14,429 nucleotides of DNA. Source: Candidatus Hydrogenedentota bacterium (GTDB taxonomy: Bacteria; Hydrogenedentota; Hydrogenedentia; Hydrogenedentales; JAEUWI01). The translations under genes were made by a program, and so were the position numbers. Positions 1 to 7,953 of the stretch are shown in pieces; position 1 is the first letter of the stretch, and every line of letters starts with the position of its first letter. The notes under the pieces were generated by a model. The model was not told the DNA's origin and made no database searches. It worked only from the letters and a program-made list of their open reading frames with translations. The stretch is from NCBI GenBank assembly GCA_034669905.1, contig JAXMOL010000090.1, forward strand, positions 1 through 14,429, written 5' to 3'.

Positions 1-2
1 TT

Positions 3-116
3 GAGCGAATAACCAAGGAAATCAACGAACGACCAAAAGCACTCTTAGAATTCAGAACACCCAACGAAACCTTCAACGCCGAATGTCAAAAAAGAAGAAT
101 TGCACTTAATGCTTGA
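3..116 (+). CDS. IS30-family transposase, C-terminal fragment (partial, 5' end outside window)
   Basis: Frame starting at nt 3 reads ERITKEINERPKALLEFRTPNETFNAECQKRRIALNA* (TGA 114-116). This matches the IS30 transposase C-terminal pattern (L/I)NxRPRKxLx(F/Y)xTPxE...(V/I)AL. Not in the ORF track because it lacks a start. Confidence 0.85.
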   Translation, partial: ERITKEINERPKALLEFRTPNETFNAECQKRRIALNA

Positions 117-123
117 ATGTGGC
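98..123 (+). mobile_element. IS30-family right terminal inverted repeat (approximate boundaries)
   Basis: AATTGCACTTAATGCTTGAATGTGGC has the TTGCACTT-N4-TTGAA core I associate with many IS30-family ends and overlaps the transposase stop codon. Composition switches from A-rich to GC-rich right after it. The left IR is not in the window. Confidence 0.7.
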
Positions 124-186
124 GGGCGTCTGGTCTAGATTGGCGGGGCCTGCGCCTTGTAGTATGGATGGCAGAAGGAGTTTATT

Positions 187-615
187 ATGCGCACGAATCC
201 AGGTTTCATTACGGGGGTAGCGGTCCTTGTCTTGTCGCTGGCTTACGCACCGGCCATTGCCGCGTCGCCACTGGCGAACAATCCCTTCTTCGCCATGTGT
301 ACGGGCACGAAGGACGCCGCCCACGCTACCCCCGCGTCCCAGGTGGCGCTGGTGAAGGCGCTGGGCTATTCGGGGACGGACCTTATCGGCGTGACGGGCC
401 TTGCCGAAGTTCTGGGGGAAATTGACCGGCAGGAGTCGCGGTTCTTCGCCCTGTATACGGGGGGCAACATTGACGTGTTTACGGACTTTTATGGCGAGAT
501 GTGTTTTAGTGTGAATCTTGATATCAAGGGGCTCCTGGCTGATGATGAGCTCGTTGTTATCAGTGGAGACTTTAAGGGCGCATGGCTGAACAGTGAACTC
601 TATTGCACGGAGTAG
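187..615 (+). pseudogene. Truncated/chimeric copy of the sugar phosphate isomerase/epimerase gene: signal peptide plus first ~70 mature residues fused in frame to an unrelated 46-aa tail
   Basis: RBS AAGGAG at 175-180. Nt 271-474 align to 1151-1354 (offset 880, about 20 mismatches in 204 nt by manual count). Similarity stops after AACATTGAC (474) and the C-terminal two-thirds of the TIM barrel is missing. Confidence 0.75.
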
Positions 616-633
616 AAACGGAAACGCGGGAAT

Positions 634-990
634 ATGAGCCAGGATAGAAACTGGTGTGAGATCTATGTGGATGGCTGGTTGTCGTGCAAGAAACTTACCG
701 GCGAAGTGCTTTCCTGTATCGATGGAACGGTTGGGTTTACGGATGGCCGGTCAGTGTGGGACGTGGATGCCGCCTGGGGAGACTTGTCGGTTCGGGAAAA
801 CGATGACCACCGATTCTGGCGAAAGCGGAAGGCCGATGATGGGAGTTTTCTCTACTATAAATACCTGATTGACGCCGACCAGCGATCCAGCGAGTGGAAA
901 GAGGACTACGAAGCCGCTATTCAGGGTGTTGCCCAGCATTTGCGAGGGCGTGGTCTTCGCGTCGTTGTCGTGTCGAATTTCTGCGAGTGA
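634..990 (+). CDS. Hypothetical protein (118 aa), possibly immunity-protein-like
   Basis: ATG start, protein-like composition, double stop TGATGA. The motifs WCEIYVD, VRENDD, DGSFLYYKYLID and VVVVSNF resemble a family of small uncharacterised proteins recalled from toxin/immunity-type loci (unverified). Confidence 0.7.
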   Translation: MSQDRNWCEIYVDGWLSCKKLTGEVLSCIDGTVGFTDGRSVWDVDAAWGDLSVRENDDHRFWRKRKADDGSFLYYKYLIDADQRSSEWKEDYEAAIQGVAQHLRGRGLRVVVVSNFCE

Positions 991-1069
991 TGAGGCGCTC
1001 TTCGAGGGTGGGGCGGTTTCCCCTTGACCGGTATACACGTTTCGGAGCCATCAAATTAAGGAGCTGAAC

Positions 1070-1930
1070 ATGTTGCGTAGATGGTTACCCGCCGTATCGG
1101 CGTTCTCTATTGCGTTCTTCTTTGCCGCGTCTGGATTCACGGCGTCGACGCTGGCGGACAACCCTTTTTTCGCCATGTGCACGGGCACGAAGGACGCTAC
1201 CCACGACACGCCTGCGTCCCAGGTAGCGCTGGTGAAGGCGCTGGGCTATTCGGGAACGGACCTTATCGGCGTGACGGGCCTTGCCGAAGTCCTCGGGGAA
1301 ATAGATCGGCAGGAGTCGCGGTTCTTCGCCCTCTACACGGGGGCCAACATTGACCCGGGTGCGACACCGTGGGAGGCGGGGCTTGAGGAGGCCATGGATT
1401 TGCTCCAGGGGCGGGGCGCAGTCCTCTGGATGCCTCTGTCCAGCAAGGTGCACAAGCCATCGTCCCCTGAGGGCGATGAAGCTGCGGTGGCCTTGCTTCG
1501 CCGCTTGTCGGAGATGGCGGCCGCGAAGGGGTTGCGCATCGCCCTTTATCCCCATACGGGGAATTGGGTCGAGCGGGTTGAGGACGCGGTGCGCGTGGCG
1601 AAGAAGGTGGACCGGCCCAATGTGGGGGTGACCTTCAATCTCTGCCACTGGCTAAAGGTAGACGGAGAAGACCTTCCGGCGCGTCTGGCGCTGGCGGAGC
1701 CCTATCTGTTCATGGTGACGGTGAACGGGGCGGACGGGGACGGCACGGAATGGAAGCAACTGATCCAGCCCCTGGGCGACGGGAGCTATGACGTGGCACC
1801 TATGTTGGAGATACTGGCGGAGATGGATTACGGAGGTCCCATCGGGCTCCAGGGCTATGGCATTGGTGGCGATGTGGAAGTAAACCTTAAGCGCTCGATG
1901 GCGGCTTGGCAGGCATTGGTGAATAAGTGA
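1070..1930 (+). CDS. Sugar phosphate isomerase/epimerase family protein (xylose isomerase-like / AP endonuclease 2 TIM barrel) with N-terminal signal peptide
   Basis: RBS AAGGAG just upstream; hydrophobic signal-like N-terminus; family motifs GLRIALYPH, DRPNVGVTFNLCHWLK, QPLGDGSYD and YGGPIGLQGY. Confidence 0.88.
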   Translation: MLRRWLPAVSAFSIAFFFAASGFTASTLADNPFFAMCTGTKDATHDTPASQVALVKALGYSGTDLIGVTGLAEVLGEIDRQESRFFALYTGANIDPGATPWEAGLEEAMDLLQGRGAVLWMPLSSKVHKPSSPEGDEAAVALLRRLSEMAAAKGLRIALYPHTGNWVERVEDAVRVAKKVDRPNVGVTFNLCHWLKVDGEDLPARLALAEPYLFMVTVNGADGDGTEWKQLIQPLGDGSYDVAPMLEILAEMDYGGPIGLQGYGIGGDVEVNLKRSMAAWQALVNK

Positions 1931-2039
1931 CGCATACACTGCGATAACAGGGCGGTACTCACGTGCTATTTGCCTGAGACAGGTACATACTGTTACCTTG
2001 AAGGTCTATCTGAGGAGAGAGCAACTCAAGGATACCGCA

Positions 2040-4313
2040 ATGGTACGAGTCGTCATGGATGCCGGAGGTTGTGTAAGGAAGGGGCGATGCATTTACGCAC
2101 TGATCCTCTACGTCTTGGTCACGCTTGAACCGGTTTCTGCGGAAACGGGCCGCACACCCAACTTCGAGAGCGAGGTCGCACCCCTACTCGTCAAGCGCTG
2201 TCTGGAATGCCATCAGGAGCGGGACCCTTCGGGGGGACTCGTGTTGGCCCATGGAAAGGGCGTGCTCGCTGGGGGCAAGAATGGGCCAGTCATCGTGCCG
2301 GGGGCACCTGACGACAGTAAGCTCTTTCACCTGATTTCCAAGGGGGAAATGCCGCCTGAGGAAAAGGGCCAGTCAAAAAAGCTATCCGATGAGGAAATCG
2401 CGGTCTTCCGTGAATGGATTGCACGTGGGGCAGGCTGGCCAGAAGGGCGCACGCTCGACCTCTATGAAGCCACCACGGAAGTGCGCGGTGGCCGCGATTG
2501 GTGGTCGTTCCAGCCCGTTCAACGTCGCGAGCCTCCCAGCGTAACAGGAAATATCCCGGTCGCGAATCCCATAGATTTCTTCGTGCGTGCCCGATTGGAA
2601 GCCAACCAGATGGTCCCGGCACCACCCGCGTCTCGGAGAGACTTGATTCGCCGGGCCTACTACGATGTTATCGGGTTGCCACCGAGTTTTGAAGAGGTGC
2701 AAGCCTTTGAAGCAGATAGGCGGGAGGATGCGTGGGAGCGCGTGGTGGACCGGCTCCTGGCTTCCCCCCAGTTTGGCGAAAAATGGGCCCGCCACTGGCT
2801 GGATCTGGTGCGCTTCGCCGAAACGTGTGGCTATGAGCGTGATCAGGAGAAAGCCTATGCGTGGCGATACCGGGATTGGGTAGTCGATGCAATTAACGAC
2901 GATATGCCCTATGACGAATTCGTGGTGCAGCAGCTCGCGGGCGATGAAATCCCCGACCGCACCGAGCGCAGCGTCATCGCCACCGGCATGCTCCGCATGG
3001 GCACCTGGAACGACGAGCCCAACGATCCCCAGGACTATAAATACGAGCGGTTGGAGGATATGGTCCATGTGACCTCATCGGCCTTCCTGGGGCTGACGGT
3101 GAAATGTGCACGGTGCCATGATCACAAGTTTGACCCCATACCCCAGGTGGACTACTACGCCATGGCGGCCGTGTTTTGGCCCGGAGCCATCAACCCACGG
3201 AGCGCGTCGGCACAGGGAGGGCCTACGGCGAGTGAGTTGGGCTATGAAAACGTCCTCGGGTGGACCGATATTTCTACGACCCCAGAGCCCCTTCATCTCT
3301 TGAAGAATGGGGAGCGCGATAAGCCCGGCGTGGTGGTGCCTGCCGGGGTTCCGACGGCCATACCCGCACTCGTCCGCGCGATTCAAGAGCCCCAGACGGG
3401 CGCGCGAACGACCCAACGACGTTTACAGTTGGCGCGGTGGATCGTCGCCCCAGAAAATCCGCTGACACCACGGGTATTGGTCAACCGCTTATGGCAGCAT
3501 CATTTTGGCGCGGGGCTGGTGCGGACGCCTAACAACTTTGGCTACAAGGGAGACTTGCCCACCCATCCGGAACTACTGGACTGGCTCGCGTCGGAGTTGG
3601 TGGAAAATGGGTGGCGGATGAAACCCCTCCACAAAGCAATCATGATGTCCAATACCTACCAGCAAGGGACCATTCATCCGGCGCAGGTTGAGTACGGGGA
3701 ACGGGACGCCGGTAATCGGTTGTTGTGGCGTGCGAACCGACGCCGGCTTAATGCGGAGGCCCTGCGGGATACCCTCTTGTATGTTACGGGCGAGTTAGAC
3801 ACCTCCCGGGGCGGGCCCAGTTTCAAGGCCACGGTGGCGCCGGGTGCATTGCAAGGACTATCAAAAAAAGATGCGGCCTGGCAGGCGTCGCCTCCGGAGC
3901 AGCAGCGCCGGCGTAGTCTCTATATGTACAGTGCGCGCAGCCTCCTATCGCCGATGATGACCACCTTCAACTTTGCGGATACGGTGTCCCCCTGCGGACA
4001 ACGGGATGTCACCATTGCACCGACCCAGGCCCTCGCCCTGATGAACAATGCCTTCGCCCACGAACGGAGCACGGCCTTGGCGAAACGGGTCATGGCAACA
4101 GGGGCGGATTCGCCATCGGAGCAGGTGGAAGGTGTATGGCAATTGGCCTTGGGACGGAGCCCGTCGGAGCGGGAGGTGTCCATGTCACTGGCTCACCTGG
4201 TGGAGCAGGAGCAGCGATTCGGCGTCCTGGATGCCGGTGCGGCGAAGGGACGTGCGTTGGCGTCGCTATGTCATGTGGTGTTGAATTCCAATGAGTTTAT
4301 CTACGTGGAATAG
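2040..4313 (+). CDS. PSD1 and planctomycete cytochrome c domain-containing protein (PSCyt1 + PSCyt2/DUF1549 + PSD1/DUF1553)
   Basis: Heme motifs CLECH (2199-2213) and CARCH-DHKFDP (CARCH at 3105-3119); motifs WWSFQP, NPIDFFV, LIRRAYYDVIGLPP, GEKWARHWLDLVRFAET, NPLTPRVLVNRLWQHHFG, PTHPELLDWLA and C-terminal LNSNEFIYVE. ATG 2040 chosen over TTG 1998 because AAGGA lies 7 nt upstream; start uncertain. Confidence 0.95.
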   Translation: MVRVVMDAGGCVRKGRCIYALILYVLVTLEPVSAETGRTPNFESEVAPLLVKRCLECHQERDPSGGLVLAHGKGVLAGGKNGPVIVPGAPDDSKLFHLISKGEMPPEEKGQSKKLSDEEIAVFREWIARGAGWPEGRTLDLYEATTEVRGGRDWWSFQPVQRREPPSVTGNIPVANPIDFFVRARLEANQMVPAPPASRRDLIRRAYYDVIGLPPSFEEVQAFEADRREDAWERVVDRLLASPQFGEKWARHWLDLVRFAETCGYERDQEKAYAWRYRDWVVDAINDDMPYDEFVVQQLAGDEIPDRTERSVIATGMLRMGTWNDEPNDPQDYKYERLEDMVHVTSSAFLGLTVKCARCHDHKFDPIPQVDYYAMAAVFWPGAINPRSASAQGGPTASELGYENVLGWTDISTTPEPLHLLKNGERDKPGVVVPAGVPTAIPALVRAIQEPQTGARTTQRRLQLARWIVAPENPLTPRVLVNRLWQHHFGAGLVRTPNNFGYKGDLPTHPELLDWLASELVENGWRMKPLHKAIMMSNTYQQGTIHPAQVEYGERDAGNRLLWRANRRRLNAEALRDTLLYVTGELDTSRGGPSFKATVAPGALQGLSKKDAAWQASPPEQQRRRSLYMYSARSLLSPMMTTFNFADTVSPCGQRDVTIAPTQALALMNNAFAHERSTALAKRVMATGADSPSEQVEGVWQLALGRSPSEREVSMSLAHLVEQEQRFGVLDAGAAKGRALASLCHVVLNSNEFIYVE

Positions 4314-4384
4314 GTGATTTTGCATTTCGTTTAACAATGAGCGGACGTACGGTAAGCTCGAGCCACAACCAAATTGAGATGGGT

Positions 4385-4469
4385 CGTCATTCCCGCGAAG
4401 GCGGGAATCCAGTGGGTATGCACGGGAACTTAGCCACATTCCTGGATCTCCGCCTTCGCGGGGATGACG
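4385..4469. repeat. REP/RPE-like double palindromic element
   Basis: CGTCATTCCCGCGAAGGCGGGAATCCAG (4385-4412) and CTGGATCTCCGCCTTCGCGGGGATGACG (4442-4469) are inverted copies with 3 mismatches in 28 nt around a 29-nt spacer. The left arm is itself a hairpin (ATTCCCGC-GAAG-GCGGGAAT). Confidence 0.85.
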
Positions 4470-4583
4470 GCACGGTAAAATATACATGCACATAAAATGG
4501 TGAAGCTTGTATACGATAAACTTGGCAGAAAAATACCGAATAGTAGTTCGTATTCTTACGAGTTTCAAGGCCAATGAATTGCT

Positions 4584-4647
4584 AACCACAGAGAACACAA
4601 CGAGCACAGAGAAAGAAGCTTTTGCGTTCTTTGGGTCCTCTGGGGTT
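4584..4647. repeat. Imperfect hairpin of ~9-10-nt periodic repeats (type seen flanking GxxExxY-family nuclease genes)
   Basis: AACCACAGAGAACACAACGAGCACAGAG pairs imperfectly with CTTTTGCGTTCTTTGGGTCCTCTGGGGTT. The family association is recalled, not verified. Confidence 0.55.
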
Positions 4648-4660
4648 TCAAGCTGTTCTA

Positions 4661-4690
4661 ATTGGTGTAAATCCGTGTCGATTCGTGGAT
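4661..4690. repeat. Three degenerate 10-nt direct repeats, probably one arm of a second periodic mini-element
   Basis: ATTGGTGTAA / ATCCGTGTCG / ATTCGTGGAT; no clear partner arm in the window. Confidence 0.45.
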
Positions 4691-4742
4691 CAAAAAGGTT
4701 TTCCAGGCAAGCGCCCCGTTGTAAAAAATAAAGGAGCAGGCT

Positions 4743-6194
4743 GTGAGCGATAAAAAGTACTTCCCCTGTGGAAAAACACGCCGCGAATTTGTGTGGGAAA
4801 TGGGGGGCGGATTCGCCGGTCTCGCGTTGTCGGGCCTCCTTGCGGGCGATGGATTCTTCTCCCGGCAGGCCGGTGCGGCCTCCCGGAATCCCCTGAGCGC
4901 ACGTCCTCCGGAACGGCTGACCAAGGCCAAGTCCTGCATCTTCCTTATGATGAACGGGGCTCCGAGCCAGGTGGACACCTTCGACTATAAGCCCGCCCTG
5001 GAAAAATACGCGGGAAAAACCCTTCCCGAAGATATGGAGTACATCAACTCAGGGGGCCGTAAGGTCGGCTATCTCACACCGGCGTGGCGCAAATTCCGTC
5101 CCGGCGGGGAGAGCGGACTACTGGTCTCCGACTATTTTCCCAATGTGCGCAAACACGCCGACAAGCTGTGTGTCATTAATTCGTGCCACACCGACAGTCA
5201 TGCCCACGGATCCGCGTTGGTGGCCATGAACACGGGCAAGACCTTTATCGGACGTCCGTCCCTCGGGAGCTGGTGTGCCTATGGACTGGGTTCGGAAAAC
5301 CAAAGTTTGCCCGGCTATGTGGTGATGCTCGATAAGCGGGGCGGGCCCATCAGCGGTGAACCCAATTGGTCCAGTGGTTTTATGCCTTCCACCTTTTCCG
5401 GCACGCTCTTTCGGCCCATAGGGGACCCTATCCTGGACCTCTACGGCCCTGCCCATGTCAGTCGGGAAGCGCAGCGTGCGCAGCTGGATCTGCTGGCCCA
5501 ACTTAATGACGAGCACCTTGCCGGATTGCCCGGTGGGCATGAGTTGGCCGCACGGACCGAGTCGTATGAATTGGCCTTCCGTATGCAGGCCCAGGCCCCC
5601 GAAGCGGTGGACATCGCGGAAGAGACCCCGGAAACCTTGAAGATGTATGGCGTGGACCAGGTGCCCACGGACGAGTTTGGGCGAAATTGTCTGGTGGCAC
5701 GACGTCTCGTTGAGCGCGGGGTACGGTTTGTGCAGCTTTACTCGGGCGGCGGCCACCTCGAAGAGACGTGGGATGCCCACGAAAGTATCGAAAAGAACCA
5801 CGGACAGCACGGCGCCGAGGTGGATCAGCCTATTGCGGCCTTGCTGAGCGATTTAGAGCAACGGGGCATGCTGGATGAAACCCTGGTCGTATGGGGAGGA
5901 GAATTCGGGCGCATGCCCTTCAGCGAAGGAAAAGACGCCCCGGGACGGAATCACAACCCGTACGGTTTCTCCATGTGGATGGCCGGTGGCGGGGTGAAGG
6001 GCGGCATGCAATACGGCCACACCGACGAGCTGGGCTTCAAGGCCATAGAGAACAAAGTGCACCTTCACGATATCCACGCGACCATTCTCCATCTGATGGG
6101 ATTAGACCATGAGGCCCTCACCTATTTCCACCAGGGCCGTGAAGAAAGTCTTACGGATGTGGGTGGACGGGTAGTGCACGAACTGTTGGCATAA
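4743..6194 (+). CDS. DUF1501 domain-containing protein (sulfatase/alkaline phosphatase-like fold), Tat-exported
   Basis: RBS AAGGAG at 4731-4736, GTG start, twin-arginine TRREF plus hydrophobic stretch; motifs KAKSCIFLMMNGAPSQVDTFDYKP, RPSLGSW, ARRLVERGVRFVQ, WDAH, VVWGGEFGR, GRNHNP and VHLHDIHATILHLMG. Usual partner of PSD1 genes. Confidence 0.95.
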   Translation: MSDKKYFPCGKTRREFVWEMGGGFAGLALSGLLAGDGFFSRQAGAASRNPLSARPPERLTKAKSCIFLMMNGAPSQVDTFDYKPALEKYAGKTLPEDMEYINSGGRKVGYLTPAWRKFRPGGESGLLVSDYFPNVRKHADKLCVINSCHTDSHAHGSALVAMNTGKTFIGRPSLGSWCAYGLGSENQSLPGYVVMLDKRGGPISGEPNWSSGFMPSTFSGTLFRPIGDPILDLYGPAHVSREAQRAQLDLLAQLNDEHLAGLPGGHELAARTESYELAFRMQAQAPEAVDIAEETPETLKMYGVDQVPTDEFGRNCLVARRLVERGVRFVQLYSGGGHLEETWDAHESIEKNHGQHGAEVDQPIAALLSDLEQRGMLDETLVVWGGEFGRMPFSEGKDAPGRNHNPYGFSMWMAGGGVKGGMQYGHTDELGFKAIENKVHLHDIHATILHLMGLDHEALTYFHQGREESLTDVGGRVVHELLA

Positions 6195-6214
6195 CGAACA
6201 GGGAAAGCGATTCT

Positions 6215-7843
6215 TTGAACCTAAAATCCAGGACTCCACGTCTTCTTATCTTGTCGGCGGTCCTTATCACTTTTTTTGATAGCCAGACGCACGCAGACTC
6301 TCCGTTCTCTGAGGCCATGCGGTCTGCCCGCTCGGCGGCCCAGTGGCAACCCCGCCGCATCATGTACAACGACGACGGCAACCACGTGACGCCTTTCACT
6401 ACGCCGGACGAACTCATTGACTTACGGTTACGTCAGCTCATCGGCACCCAGGTGGATACCATCGCCTACTGCACGGGCGGCGGAGGGCTCTTCTGGGGAC
6501 ACCAGGCCCACGTCGGCGAGACGTTGGGGGAATTCGTCACCGAGAACGACGGGCAGCAGGTTCGGGACATCGTATCCAGTCTGGATGCCCTCAAGGCCCT
6601 CGGGACGGATCCCTTGGCGGTGGCGGTGGACTTCGGCCACGAGAATGGAATGGAAGTCTTCTGGTCCTATCGGATGAACAACATTGAGGACAGTTTTGCT
6701 GCGCCCTATTTGTCGCGGTGGAAGCGGGAGCATCCCGACTTTCTCTTCGGCAAGGCAGAAGACTACCCGAAGTATGAATACACCGACCCGAAGAAGTGGT
6801 GGGCCGGCCTGGATTTCGCCGAGGCGGAAGTTCGGGACTACGCGCTTCGCATCTTTGAAGACGTGTTCACCCGCTACGATATCGACGGTATCGACATGGA
6901 CTGGTTCCGCCATCCCCAGTTTTTTCGCGAGACGCGGGACGAAAAGCCGGTGACAGCGGAACACCTCGCCCTGATGAACGATTTTGTCCGTAAGGTGCGG
7001 GCCTTGAGTGAGAAGGTTGGTGCCGCGCGGGGGCGTCCCTTGCTCATTTCCGCGCGCGTTCCCCTGAGTGTGGAGCGCTGTCGCTTCATCGGCTTGGACG
7101 TCACCACCTGGCTTGAAGAGGGCTTGGTGGATATCCTCACGTTTGGTGGGGACCTGGGGCCCATGGCCATGGCGCCTCAGTTGAAGGAAATGGTCGACCT
7201 GGCCCACAAGCACAAGGTGCTGGCCCTGGCGAATATCGGGGGATCGGGACTGCAGCCCAACACGGGCTATTACTCCGAGGAAGCCTGGTGGGGCGCCGCG
7301 GCCAATGCGTGGCATGTGGGGGTGGATGGAATCTACACCTTCAACCTCTTTCCCGAATCGCCCAAGGCGCAATATCGTCATATCGGGTCACCGGAGACGT
7401 TGAAAGGCCTCGACAAGATTTACGCTATTGACCCGGTGCAGCCGAAAGATTTCTGGGGCTTTGACCGCTCTGCCCTGGTGGTGCCCGATCGCCTCCCTAT
7501 CACCTTGGAGCCGGGGGAGCGGGTGCGTTTCAAGCTCCCGGTGGGCGAGTCCGTGGTGGACTATGCACCGGCAGGAAAGCGGGCAGAAGTGACCCTGCGC
7601 ATGTGGTGCGCGGCCCTGGCGGGTGATTCGTTTGCCATTACCCTGAATGGTGCAGATATCGGTGCGGCCAAGCCGACTGTTCCATTGACGGAGGTCGCTA
7701 CACCCACCTGGTTCGAATTGGTCGTAGAGCCAGGTTCTGTCCTGGCGGGGACCAACCTCATCGAAGTGCTGTGGTCGGGCACGAGCCGGGAGGTTCCAGT
7801 GGCGGTGGAACGCATGGAGTTGCGGCTCCGTTACGTGGAGTAG
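6215..7843 (+). CDS. Glycosyl hydrolase-like 10 (GHL10/DUF187) family protein with C-terminal beta-rich domain, probably secreted
   Basis: Signal-like N-terminus; motifs RRIMYNDDG, HENGMEVFWSYRMN, LDFAEAEVRDY, RYDIDGIDMDW, GLDVTTWLEEGLVD and GVDGIYTFN. The TTG start is uncertain. Confidence 0.78.
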   Translation: MNLKSRTPRLLILSAVLITFFDSQTHADSPFSEAMRSARSAAQWQPRRIMYNDDGNHVTPFTTPDELIDLRLRQLIGTQVDTIAYCTGGGGLFWGHQAHVGETLGEFVTENDGQQVRDIVSSLDALKALGTDPLAVAVDFGHENGMEVFWSYRMNNIEDSFAAPYLSRWKREHPDFLFGKAEDYPKYEYTDPKKWWAGLDFAEAEVRDYALRIFEDVFTRYDIDGIDMDWFRHPQFFRETRDEKPVTAEHLALMNDFVRKVRALSEKVGAARGRPLLISARVPLSVERCRFIGLDVTTWLEEGLVDILTFGGDLGPMAMAPQLKEMVDLAHKHKVLALANIGGSGLQPNTGYYSEEAWWGAAANAWHVGVDGIYTFNLFPESPKAQYRHIGSPETLKGLDKIYAIDPVQPKDFWGFDRSALVVPDRLPITLEPGERVRFKLPVGESVVDYAPAGKRAEVTLRMWCAALAGDSFAITLNGADIGAAKPTVPLTEVATPTWFELVVEPGSVLAGTNLIEVLWSGTSREVPVAVERMELRLRYVE

Positions 7844-7887
7844 TCAATACAGGGGGGCAAACAATAGGTGTCGTGACAGCGGACCGA

Positions 7888-7931
7888 TAAAGAGAACGGG
7901 CAGTGACCAGAAGTCGGTCACTGCCCGATTT
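7888..7931 (-). terminator. Rho-independent terminator of paralogue 1, possibly bidirectional
   Basis: 12-bp perfect stem CGGGCAGTGACC (7897-7908) / GGTCACTGCCCG (7916-7927) with a 7-nt loop, followed on the - strand by TTCTCTTT. Lies between convergent stop codons at 7843 and 7954. Confidence 0.85.
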
Positions 7932-7953
7932 ATCAGGGGTTACCTGGGGTTAA

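Noticed and set aside
187..1354. Diversity-generating retroelement template/variable repeat pair
   Set aside because: Mismatches between the copies are mostly synonymous and not adenine-specific, and no reverse transcriptase is in the window.
4266..4978. Short ORFs over the PSD1-DUF1501 spacer (4266-4607, 4507-4731, 4658-4978)
   Set aside because: Their peptides (RHPREGGDP, LDSRLRGND, TTENTTSTE, HESTRIYTN) are translations of the palindromic repeats, and two of them overlap real genes on the opposite strand.
5118..7381. Long - strand ORFs 5118-5810 and 6428-7381
   Set aside because: Antisense shadows of the well-supported DUF1501 and GHL10 genes.
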